DNA of 33,197 bases from Chloroflexota bacterium (GTDB taxonomy: Bacteria > Chloroflexota > Limnocylindria > QHBO01): NCBI GenBank assembly GCA_031177555.1, contig JAPSGM010000001.1, positions 1 through 33,197 of the forward strand. The letters run 5' to 3'. The translations under genes and the position numbers were made by a program. The notes beneath the pieces are model-generated. The model worked only from the letters and a program-made list of their open reading frames with translations. It did no database searches and was not told where the DNA came from. Every line of letters begins with the position of its first letter. The stretch's first letter is position 1. Positions 24,414-31,991 of this stretch are shown here, in pieces.

Positions 24414-25946
24414 GTGAGCAGCCCCTCCCCCGCCGGCCGGCCGTGCCGACGCGGCGCGACGGTGTCGGCCGGCACGCTCATCGCCCTCGGCGTCCTGGCA
24501 GCGCTGCTGCTCGTGCTGGTCGTCGGCGCGCGGGTCGCGACGCCGCTGTTCCTCGCGTCCGGCGCCGGGATCCTCCTGGTGGTCGCCTTTCTGGGCCACC
24601 GCCATCCACGGTCCGCCCTGGTCGCCGTCGTGCTCATGCCGATCGTCGACCGCTACCTCGTGGGCCTGCTGGTCCCGGCGTCGCTGCGCACGACCACCGG
24701 CTTCCTCTCGGAGGCGCTACTGGTGGTGGTCGCGGCGAGCATCGGGCTCAGGGCATGGCGGCAGGGATCGCTCCTCCCGGCGCTCCGGCATCCGGCCGTC
24801 GTCCTCGTGGCGGCCTTCGCCCTGGTCGCCGCGGCGTCGGCGGCGCTGAACGGCGTGCCGCCGCCGATCGCGGTGGCCGGCATCGGCTTCACCATCGAGG
24901 CCGTCGCGCTGTTCGTGCTGCCGCGCATGATCGGCTTCGACATCGGGCAGGCCAGGCTGGCCTTCATGGGCTTCACGGGCATGGCCCTGCTGGCGGCGGG
25001 GCTGGCGCTGGCGCAGGTGCTCCTGGACGCCGACGTCCTCGGCCTGCAGTCGTTCACCGGGCGCTTCAGCGAGGGCCATCGCGTGGCCGCCTTCCTGGTC
25101 AACCCGAACATGCTGGGGGCCGTGCTGGCGATGGCCATCCCGATGCCGCTGCTGGCCGCGGTCCGCACCGACGCCCGCCGGCGGCGGGTGCTGTATGGCG
25201 CCGTGACCTTCGTGCTGGCGCTGGCGCTGCTGTACACCTTCTCGCGGGGAGCCTGGCTCGGGCTGGCGCTGTCCGCTGCGGTCCTGGCGGTCGCGGTGGA
25301 CCGGCGCGCGCTGGCCGGGCTGGCCCTGGTGGGGGTCCTCGTCATCGCCACCGCCCTGGTGCTCCCGCGCCACGTCCTGGACCCCGATGCCGGCGACGTC
25401 GAGTTCGACCTGGCGGCGGCCATCCTCGGCCGGCTGGACACCCTCGCGGAGGGGACCGACCTGCGGCTCCAGTTCGTGAGCAACGCGTCGCCGATCATCG
25501 CCGATCACCCGATCGTGGGCGCGGGGCCGGGACGCTACGGCGGCGCGGTGGCCTGGCGCTTCGGGAGCCCCCTCTACGACGACTACACCGATGGGTCGGT
25601 CCCCGAGGGCCGAACCGTCGACAACTTCTGGCTCCACCTGCTCGTCGAGGTCGGCGTGATCGGCACGCTGCTCTTCGCCGCGGCCTTGGCGGCCGCCACC
25701 TGGGGCGCGCTCGCCGCCGCACGGGCGGCTGACGGCTGGGGGCGGGTCCTGCCCGCGGCCGCCGCCGCGATCGCCATCGTCATCGCCATCGACTCGCTGG
25801 CCGAGATGCTGCTGGAGGGCAACACGACGTCGTTCGCGGTGTGGTTCTTCCTGGGGTTGACCTCGGCCCTCGTGGCCCGATCGGCCGAGGGCGGGGCGGC
25901 AGGCGCCGCCGGGGATCTCGCGGCTAGTACGCTCCGCGCCCGCTGA
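24414..25946 (+). CDS. O-antigen ligase/polymerase-like membrane protein (Wzy_C domain), copy 2
   Basis: This is the 3' part of the 981-aa track ORF. I set the start at GTG 24414, upstream of the first TM helix GTLIALGVLAALLLVLVV. GTG 24462 is an alternative start. It carries LLYTFSRGAWLGLA, ADHPIVGAGPGRYG and VDNFWLHLLVEVGVIG. Confidence 0.82.
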   Translation: MSSPSPAGRPCRRGATVSAGTLIALGVLAALLLVLVVGARVATPLFLASGAGILLVVAFLGHRHPRSALVAVVLMPIVDRYLVGLLVPASLRTTTGFLSEALLVVVAASIGLRAWRQGSLLPALRHPAVVLVAAFALVAAASAALNGVPPPIAVAGIGFTIEAVALFVLPRMIGFDIGQARLAFMGFTGMALLAAGLALAQVLLDADVLGLQSFTGRFSEGHRVAAFLVNPNMLGAVLAMAIPMPLLAAVRTDARRRRVLYGAVTFVLALALLYTFSRGAWLGLALSAAVLAVAVDRRALAGLALVGVLVIATALVLPRHVLDPDAGDVEFDLAAAILGRLDTLAEGTDLRLQFVSNASPIIADHPIVGAGPGRYGGAVAWRFGSPLYDDYTDGSVPEGRTVDNFWLHLLVEVGVIGTLLFAAALAAATWGALAAARAADGWGRVLPAAAAAIAIVIAIDSLAEMLLEGNTTSFAVWFFLGLTSALVARSAEGGAAGAAGDLAASTLRAR

Positions 25947-26595
25947 GCACCGCACCCACCGTGCGGGCCAGGATGCCCGCATCCATGGCCAGGCTCCGCT
26001 CGTTGACGTAGCGGACGTCGAACTGGACGCGCTCCTCGAAGGTGCGGTCCGCCCGACCGTTCACCTGCCACAGCCCGGTGATGCCGGGGCGAACGCGCAG
26101 GATGAGCTCCGCCTCCGGGCGGCCTTCTAGCTCGCCGGGGAAGTACGGCCGCGGCCCGATCAGGCTCATCTCGCCGGTCAGCACGTTGACCAGCTGGGGC
26201 AGCTCGTCGAGCGACATGCGGCGCAGGATGGCGCCCACCCGCGTGCGGCGCGGATCGTCGCGCAGCTTGCGGCGCTCGCCGTACTCCAGCGCCCACTCCT
26301 CGTCGACGGTCAGGAGCTCCTCGAGGTGGTGGTGGCTCCCGTCGCGCATCGTGCGGAACTTCAGGACGACGATGGGCTTGCCGAAGCGGCCCATGCGGTG
26401 GCACTTGTAGATGATCGGCAGGCCCGTGTCGATCCAGATCGCCACCGCGATGATCACGAAGAACGGCAACAGGATCGCGAGCAGGACAGCCGACCCGACA
26501 ATGTCAACGAGGCGCTTGGTGAACCAGTAGAGGAGCTCTCCGAGCGAGGCCGGGCGCGTCGAGGCAACGGCTTGTTGCTGCGAGATCTGCTCCAA
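25924..26595 (-). CDS. Small monotopic undecaprenyl-phosphate sugar-phosphotransferase (Bac_transf, PglC-like initiating PGT)
   Basis: 223 aa. The TTG start at 26595 has AGGAG 6 nt upstream. There is one N-terminal hydrophobic helix, LLAILLPFFVIIAVAIWI. It also carries KFRTM and DELPQLVNVLTGEMSLIGPRP. Confidence 0.9.
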   Translation of the reverse strand: MEQISQQQAVASTRPASLGELLYWFTKRLVDIVGSAVLLAILLPFFVIIAVAIWIDTGLPIIYKCHRMGRFGKPIVVLKFRTMRDGSHHHLEELLTVDEEWALEYGERRKLRDDPRRTRVGAILRRMSLDELPQLVNVLTGEMSLIGPRPYFPGELEGRPEAELILRVRPGITGLWQVNGRADRTFEERVQFDVRYVNERSLAMDAGILARTVGAVLSGRGAY

Positions 26596-26620
26596 GTCGG
26601 TCTCCTACGTGTCCTGCATG

Positions 26621-26647
26621 GCGTGGGCGACCGGCGGGTGCCCACGC
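26621..26647 (-). other. Predicted 5'-leader hairpin (8-bp GC stem, 11-nt loop) upstream of the PGT Shine-Dalgarno
   Basis: GCGTGGGC (26621-26628) and GCCCACGC (26640-26647) are exact reverse complements. On the minus-strand transcript the T-run precedes the stem, so it is not a canonical terminator. Confidence 0.35.
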
Positions 26648-26659
26648 AAAACCCCGGGC

Positions 26660-26665
26660 AGTATA
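26660..26665 (-). promoter_or_regulatory. Putative -10 hexamer TATACT for the initiating phosphoglycosyltransferase gene
   Basis: On the minus strand TATACT lies about 65 nt upstream of TTG 26595. It is one of very few AT-rich hexamers in the 200-nt gap. Confidence 0.3.
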
Positions 26666-26795
26666 GCCCGCTGTCAACAGGGCGTTAATCGGCGCCCGCC
26701 ATAGCCCAACCTACAGCAAGCGTCGCGCCAATGAGGGTCCGCCCGATGTACGGTGCCGGGACGCCTACCGGCGCCGCATCGGCGGACTCATCGGC

Positions 26796-28160
26796 TCAGA
26801 AGGCCTCCAGGTACCGGTCCACCTCCCACGCGGTGACCTGCATCCGGTACTCGTCCCACTCCTCGCCCTTGGCCTCCACGAAGCGCTCGAACACGTGCTC
26901 GCCCAGCGCGTCGGCGATGACGCGGTCGGACTGCAGCTCGTCAAGGGCCTCGCGCAGCGTGCCGGGCAGCTGCCTGATCTTGCGGCTGGCCAGCTTGGCG
27001 GCATCGAGGTGATAGAGGTTCTCCTCCACCGGCTCGGGCGGTGTCAGCTTGCGATCGATGCCGTCCAGCCCGGCGGCGAGCATGGCGGCGAAGGACAGGT
27101 AGGGATTCGACGAGGGATCCGGGCAGCGCAGCTCGATCCGCGTCGAGTTCAGCTGGCCGTGGCTGATCTGCGGGATGCGGACCAGGGCCGACCGGTTGAT
27201 GCGGGCCCAGCCGATGTACACCGGCGCCTCGTAGCCCGGAACCAGGCGCTTGTAGCTGTTCACCAGCGGCGCCAGCACGGCGATCATGCCGCGGGCGTGC
27301 TCCAGGATGCCGGCGATGTAGCTGCGTGCGATCTCGGACAGCCCGTAGGCGTCCCTCTCATCGGCGAACGCGTTGCGATTGCGCTTGATGTCCCACAGGC
27401 TCTGGTGGGTGTGCATGCCATTGCCGTTCATGCCGAAGAACGGCTTGGGCATGAAGGTGGCGTACAGGCCGTGCCGGGCGGCGACGGCCTTGAGCGTGGT
27501 CTTGAAGGTCACCGCATTGTCGGCGGTGCGCAGGGCATCGGCATACTCGAAGTCGATCTCGTGCTGCCCGGTGGCGACCTCGTGGTGCGCCGTCTCGACC
27601 TTGATGCCGAAGGCCTCGAGGTCGTTCATCATCTCCTTGCGGACCTCGGTGCCAAGGTCCTCGGAGAGGTCGAAGTAACCCGCCGCGTCGTGCGGCAGCG
27701 TCTCCACGCCGTCGCCCGAACGGCGCAGCAGGAAGAACTCCAGCTCCGGCCCGGTGTTCAGGATGAAGCCCATCTTCTTCGCCCGATCCAGCTGCCGGCG
27801 CAGGACCCAGCGCGGGTCGCCGGGGAACGGGTCGCCGTTCGGGGTGAACACGTCGCAGATCACGCGGGCGGCACCGGTCGTCAGCTCCGCGCCGTCGGAC
27901 CGGGTGCCGCGCTCCCAGGGGATGGGAGCGAAGGTGGCAAGGTCGGGGACCAGGAACATGTCCGACTCGGCGATGCGCGCGAAGCCCTCGATGCTGCTGC
28001 CGTCGAACCACTTCCCGTGCTCGGCGGCCTCCTCCAGCTGGTGCATCGGCACCTGAACCGATTTGACCTGCCCCACGATGTCGGTGAACTGCAGGCTCAC
28101 GAAGCGGAGGTTGCGCTCCTCGGCGAGCTTGAGGGCGGTGGTGAGGTCCTTGGACGGCAT
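26796..28160 (-). CDS. glnA: Glutamine synthetase, type I
   Basis: 454 aa. It carries FVSLQFTDIVGQVKSV, FFGMNGNGMHTHQSLW and RIELRCPDPSSNPYL. GAGGAG lies 10 nt upstream of ATG 28160. Confidence 0.93.
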   Translation of the reverse strand: MPSKDLTTALKLAEERNLRFVSLQFTDIVGQVKSVQVPMHQLEEAAEHGKWFDGSSIEGFARIAESDMFLVPDLATFAPIPWERGTRSDGAELTTGAARVICDVFTPNGDPFPGDPRWVLRRQLDRAKKMGFILNTGPELEFFLLRRSGDGVETLPHDAAGYFDLSEDLGTEVRKEMMNDLEAFGIKVETAHHEVATGQHEIDFEYADALRTADNAVTFKTTLKAVAARHGLYATFMPKPFFGMNGNGMHTHQSLWDIKRNRNAFADERDAYGLSEIARSYIAGILEHARGMIAVLAPLVNSYKRLVPGYEAPVYIGWARINRSALVRIPQISHGQLNSTRIELRCPDPSSNPYLSFAAMLAAGLDGIDRKLTPPEPVEENLYHLDAAKLASRKIRQLPGTLREALDELQSDRVIADALGEHVFERFVEAKGEEWDEYRMQVTAWEVDRYLEAF

Positions 28161-28204
28161 CGTCGATCGACTCCTCGCGCAGCGGGAATGGGGTGGACGG
28201 CATG

Positions 28205-28210
28205 ACTCTA
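28205..28210 (-). promoter_or_regulatory. Putative -10 hexamer TAGAGT of glnA
   Basis: On the minus strand TAGAGT lies 44 nt upstream of the glnA ATG, and a GAGGAG SD sits inside that leader. No convincing -35 element is present. Confidence 0.3.
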
Positions 28211-28263
28211 GGAGCGCCCGGGCCCGATGCGCACGCCGGGCGCCCAGCGTCCGGCCACGAGTT

Positions 28264-28282
28264 GTTGTGCACCCTGCACAAC
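28264..28282. promoter_or_regulatory. Perfect 8-bp inverted repeat GTTGTGCA-ccc-TGCACAAC between the PucR-like gene and glnA (candidate operator or terminator stem)
   Basis: Read directly from the sequence. It lies 16 nt downstream of the PucR-like stop and about 55-75 bp upstream of the putative glnA -10 hexamer. Confidence 0.4.
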
Positions 28283-28298
28283 GCGCGATCCGCGAGCC

Positions 28299-29312
28299 TC
28301 AGCGGCGGTGGGCCGTCCCCCACTCGGCGAGGATGCGCAGCGCGTCGGCCGGCCGGCGCGGGTCGAGGCCGCGCTCCGCGGCGGCCCGGCGGAGGCGGTA
28401 AAGGACCGTGTTGCGATGCACCCCCAGCTCACGGGCGGCGGGCGCGACGCGCCCGTTGGCCCGCGCGACCGCCAGCAGCGTGGCCGCCAGGGCGTCGGGC
28501 GGCTGGGGCGCCGGTGGCTCGGCGCGCCGCATCGGCGCCGGCGGGGACGCGGGCACGGCGGGCCGCCGTAGCAGGGCGCGCAGGGTGGAGGCGACCGCGT
28601 CGGCCGCGACCTCGTCGACCGCCGCGAAGGGAAGGTCGTCGAACAGCCAGGCCGTGGCGCCGGGACGCACGCGGCGTTCCAGCAGCCACAGCCCCTCCCG
28701 GCTGTGCCGCCGTCCATCGGCTCGCTCGCTCACCGGCGCGGCGAGCAGGCGCGCGTGGATCGCCGCGAACCGGGCCGCCAGGGCCCGCCCCGCGCGGCGC
28801 GCGTGGAGCGAGCGCAGCTCGCCGTCGACGGAGACGGCCACCCCGCGGTGGACGCGAGCGGCCACCAGGCCGGCCGGCGTGCCGATCTCCGGCTCGGCCA
28901 GGGCCGCCTCGGCGCACAGCAGTCGCAGCTCGGCCGCGGCCCGCGCCAGCCAGGCTCCCTCGTCTGCGAGATATGCCTGGGCCGAATGGGCCAGCTCCGC
29001 AGCCGGCCGCAGGCTGGCCAGGACAGGCGTGGGATCGGAGCCGCCCTCGAGATGAGCCGCGCGGGCGCCGGCCAGGAGGACCGCCACGGGCCGCAGCTCC
29101 GTGGCGGTCAGCGCGGCCATGAAGGCGTCGAGCGGCATGACGGCGCCGGCATCGGCCACCAGGAGGGTCCCCTCCACCGATGCGGGCAGGTGCGGCGGCG
29201 CCACGCGGGTGCGTGCCACGCCGCGCACCGGCTGGCCCAGGCTCGCGGTCGAGCCGCACAGGAGGCCGGCATCGGGGTCGACCGCTCGCCAGACATCGAC
29301 CACGCTCGTCAT
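28299..29312 (-). CDS. PucR-family transcriptional regulator (C-terminal HTH_30)
   Basis: 337 aa. The C-terminus LLAVARANGRVAPAARELGVHRNTVLYRLRRAAAERGLD matches the PucR-type helix-turn-helix. I do not recognise the N-terminal domain. Confidence 0.6.
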   Translation of the reverse strand: MTSVVDVWRAVDPDAGLLCGSTASLGQPVRGVARTRVAPPHLPASVEGTLLVADAGAVMPLDAFMAALTATELRPVAVLLAGARAAHLEGGSDPTPVLASLRPAAELAHSAQAYLADEGAWLARAAAELRLLCAEAALAEPEIGTPAGLVAARVHRGVAVSVDGELRSLHARRAGRALAARFAAIHARLLAAPVSERADGRRHSREGLWLLERRVRPGATAWLFDDLPFAAVDEVAADAVASTLRALLRRPAVPASPPAPMRRAEPPAPQPPDALAATLLAVARANGRVAPAARELGVHRNTVLYRLRRAAAERGLDPRRPADALRILAEWGTAHRR

Positions 29313-29334
29313 CGGCGAGGGGCCGGCGGCGGGC

Positions 29335-30513
29335 TCATCGACCGCCGATCGCCGCCGTGAGGTCCGCCGCCAGGTCGTCCGGATCCTCGAGCCCGATCGA
29401 GACGCGGACCATCCCCGGCGTCATGCCGGCCAGCGCCAGCGCCTCGTCATCGAGCTGCCGGTGCGAGGAGGAGGCCGGGTGGCTGCACAGCGTCTCGGCG
29501 CTGCCCAGGCTGGTCGCGTGCACCGCGACGCGCAGCCGGCCGAGGAACGCCTCGCCCGCCGCGCGGCCGCCGGAGAGGTCGACCGACAGCATGCCGCCGG
29601 CCATGCCTCCGCGCAGCACCCGCTTCGCCATCTCGTGCTGCGGGTGCGACGCCAGCCCCGGGTACAGCACGCGCACGACGCCGGGCGCACCCTCCAGGGC
29701 GCAGGCCACGGCATACGCGTTGGATGAATGCCGCTCCATGCGAAGGGCCAGGGTCTTGAGGCCGCGGAGCGCCAGGAAGGCCTCCAGCGGGGCGGCGTTG
29801 CCGCCGGCGTTGATGAGCACCTGCCGCGCAGCCGCCACCTGGTCGGCGCGGCCCAGCAGCGCCCCGCCGCTGATGTCCGAGTGCCCGCCGATGTACTTGG
29901 TGGTGGAGTGGACGACCAGGTCCGCGCCCAGCGCCAGCGGGTTGGCCAGGTACGGTGAGGCGAAAGTGTTGTCGACGCCCACCAGCGCCCCGCGCTCGTG
30001 GGCCAGCGCGGCGATGGCCCGCACGTCGACCACCGCGGTGGTCGGGTTGCTGATCGTCTCGAGCCATACCAGTCGCGTGGTGCCGTCGATCGCCGCCGCC
30101 ACCGCCTCGAGGTCGGTGGTGTCGACGCTCCGGGTCGCGATGCCGGAGCGGTCTAGGACAGCCCGCGCCAGCCCGACGACGCCGCCGTACACGGCGCGCG
30201 GGATCACCAGCGACTCACCGCTGCGCAGGGTGGACAGGACCGCGGCATGGATGGCCGCCATGCCAGAGCCGGTCACCAGGCAGGCCTCCGCTCCCTCGAG
30301 CTCCGCCAGCGCCTCCTCCAGCGCGGCGTGGGTCGGGTTGGAGTAGCGCGTGTAGGAGTGCCCGGGGCGCGAGAACTCCAGCAGCTCGGCCAGCTCCTCG
30401 GCGTCGGCCACCTCGAAGGTGCTGGTCTGGTATATCGGGACGTTGACCGGCGCCTGCGGCGCCGGCGGCACGCGGCTGGCGGCCTTGATCGCCCGCGTGG
30501 AGAAGCCGGGCAT
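29335..30513 (-). CDS. Cys/Met-metabolism PLP enzyme (cystathionine gamma-synthase / gamma-lyase / sulfhydrylase family)
   Basis: 392 aa. It carries YTRYSNPTHAALEEALAELEG, VTGSGMAAI, VDNTFASPY and VVHSTTKYIGGHSD (the PLP lysine). Confidence 0.88.
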   Translation of the reverse strand: MPGFSTRAIKAASRVPPAPQAPVNVPIYQTSTFEVADAEELAELLEFSRPGHSYTRYSNPTHAALEEALAELEGAEACLVTGSGMAAIHAAVLSTLRSGESLVIPRAVYGGVVGLARAVLDRSGIATRSVDTTDLEAVAAAIDGTTRLVWLETISNPTTAVVDVRAIAALAHERGALVGVDNTFASPYLANPLALGADLVVHSTTKYIGGHSDISGGALLGRADQVAAARQVLINAGGNAAPLEAFLALRGLKTLALRMERHSSNAYAVACALEGAPGVVRVLYPGLASHPQHEMAKRVLRGGMAGGMLSVDLSGGRAAGEAFLGRLRVAVHATSLGSAETLCSHPASSSHRQLDDEALALAGMTPGMVRVSIGLEDPDDLAADLTAAIGGR

Positions 30514-30522
30514 GACCGCCGG

Positions 30523-30528
30523 AGTCTA
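30523..30528 (-). promoter_or_regulatory. Putative -10 hexamer TAGACT ahead of the trans-sulfuration gene
   Basis: The minus strand reads TAGACT, then CCGGCGGTC (9 nt), then ATG at 30513. The hexamer lies inside the 32-nt gap after the LCP copy 2 stop. Confidence 0.3.
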
Positions 30529-30545
30529 GCAGCGCCCGCGGCGGC

Positions 30546-31940
30546 TCAGGAATCGGCCTGGTCGTCACTCCCGGCGGTGCTCCGCTCGCCGATCATCTCG
30601 GCCACGACATCGCGGATGGCGGGCAGGTTGGGGATCAGGATGTAGCCGGCGGCCGAGGAGGAGTCCGCGGTCATGTACTCCGGCGGCTGCAGCACGATCC
30701 GCTCGAGCCTGTCGACCTCCGACTCCTGGATCGCCACGGCCAGCGCCGGGAAGCGAGCCTCCGGGACGTCGGTGGAGATCGTGTTCTTGACCGCGTCCAG
30801 CAGACTGGGCAACGACAGGAGCAGGTTCTGGGCGGTCAGCTTGTCACGCACTGCGGCGAGCAGCTGCTGCTGCCGCTCGGCGCGCGTGAAGTCGTTGTCG
30901 CCCTCGCCCTTGCGCGAGCGCACGTAGGCCAGCGCCCGGCTCCCGTCCAGGTGGTGCGGACCGGGCGGGAGGTAGAAGCCGACCAGGTCGCCGTCCTCGT
31001 TGAAGTACCGGTCGTCGCTGATCTGGCGCCGATTGACGATGTCCACTCCGCCGATGGCGTCCACCGCCTGCTTGAAGCCCAGCAGGTTGATGGCGGCGAA
31101 GTAGTGGATCCGGATCCCGAGCAGCTCGCCGATGGCGCCCTTCAGCGCGGCCACGCCGCCATCGGGAAACTCCTCGGGCCGCTCGGACGCGTACGTCATC
31201 AGCGAGTTCAGCTTGGCGTTGTAGACCCGCCCGTCGGGAAGCGGCGCGCCGTACAGGTCCCGCGGGACGGAGATCATGGCCGAACGGCCGTCGGGGTCGA
31301 GGCTTACCACCAGCATGGTGTCGGTCAGGCGCTGCTCGCGGCGCGGCGAGGAGTCGATGCCGACCAGCAGGACGTTGACCCGTTCCCCGAGGCGCAGGTC
31401 CGGCTGATCCGACGGTTCGGGCAGCGGCGTCGTGCCCGGGATGCGGCCAAAGCCGCCGTCGGGCCTGCCGCCCGACCCTTCGCGCGCCACCGCGCCGAGC
31501 GTGTCGATGGCCTTGACCGCCCAGTAGGCCGGCAGCACGTGCATGCCGAGCGTCGCGACCAGGAGCAGGCTGGTCACCCAGCCCGTCCAGTGCCGGAGCG
31601 ACAGCGGCGCCCGCCAGCCATGCGCCTGCAGGATGGCAAGCGCGCGCCACCCCAGCAGCGCGACGTCCAGCACGATGAGCCCGACCAGGAATCCGCTGTC
31701 CAGCAGGCGCGAGAGCACGCCCGAGCGCGCCGCGACGAACGCCAGCACGGCGATGCCCACCAGCAGCACGACGGGAAGCGCCAGCACCCACGCCAGCTGC
31801 CGCTGGCCGTTGTACGCCTGCCCCAGCCCCGGAAAGACGAACGACAGGAACGCGGCCACAGACGAGCGGGGATCCAGCCGATGCCCGGCCTCGTGCGTGA
31901 CGGCGGTCACCTGGACATCCCCATCACCAAATGGTGCCAT
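30546..31940 (-). CDS. LCP (LytR/CpsA/Psr) family protein with multi-TM N-terminal domain, copy 2
   Basis: 464 aa. The N-terminus has about 4 TM helices (FLSFVFPGLGQAYNG...). The LCP region carries NVLLVGIDS, TDTMLVVSL, MISVPRDL, GIRIHYFAAINLLGFKQAVDAIGGV and ALAYVRSRKG...DFTRAERQQ. The start is uncertain: ATG 31940 has no SD. Confidence 0.88.
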   Translation of the reverse strand: MAPFGDGDVQVTAVTHEAGHRLDPRSSVAAFLSFVFPGLGQAYNGQRQLAWVLALPVVLLVGIAVLAFVAARSGVLSRLLDSGFLVGLIVLDVALLGWRALAILQAHGWRAPLSLRHWTGWVTSLLLVATLGMHVLPAYWAVKAIDTLGAVAREGSGGRPDGGFGRIPGTTPLPEPSDQPDLRLGERVNVLLVGIDSSPRREQRLTDTMLVVSLDPDGRSAMISVPRDLYGAPLPDGRVYNAKLNSLMTYASERPEEFPDGGVAALKGAIGELLGIRIHYFAAINLLGFKQAVDAIGGVDIVNRRQISDDRYFNEDGDLVGFYLPPGPHHLDGSRALAYVRSRKGEGDNDFTRAERQQQLLAAVRDKLTAQNLLLSLPSLLDAVKNTISTDVPEARFPALAVAIQESEVDRLERIVLQPPEYMTADSSSAAGYILIPNLPAIRDVVAEMIGERSTAGSDDQADS

Positions 31941-31991
31941 AGGCCGCAGGACGTCGAATCAGGGCCATCCGGTTTCGCGGGCGGCGGCGCC

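Noticed and set aside
26672-26677. Perfect TTGACA (minus strand) that looked like a -35 box for the TATACT at 26665-26660
   Set aside because: Only 6 bp separate the two hexamers, against the ~17 bp needed for a sigma-70-type -35/-10 pair. No -10-like hexamer lies at the right distance downstream of the TTGACA.
26700-26795. Short stems downstream of the glnA stop (CGCCG-ATG-CGGCG, GCCGG-N9-CCGGC, GGGCG-N8-CGCCC) as candidate terminators
   Set aside because: The stems are only 5 bp and none is followed by a U-tract. They cannot be distinguished from chance pairing in GC-rich DNA.
28161-28204. Possible glutamine riboswitch (glnA RNA motif) in the glnA leader
   Set aside because: The leader is only about 40 nt. 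It lacks the conserved stems and sequence blocks I remember for that motif.
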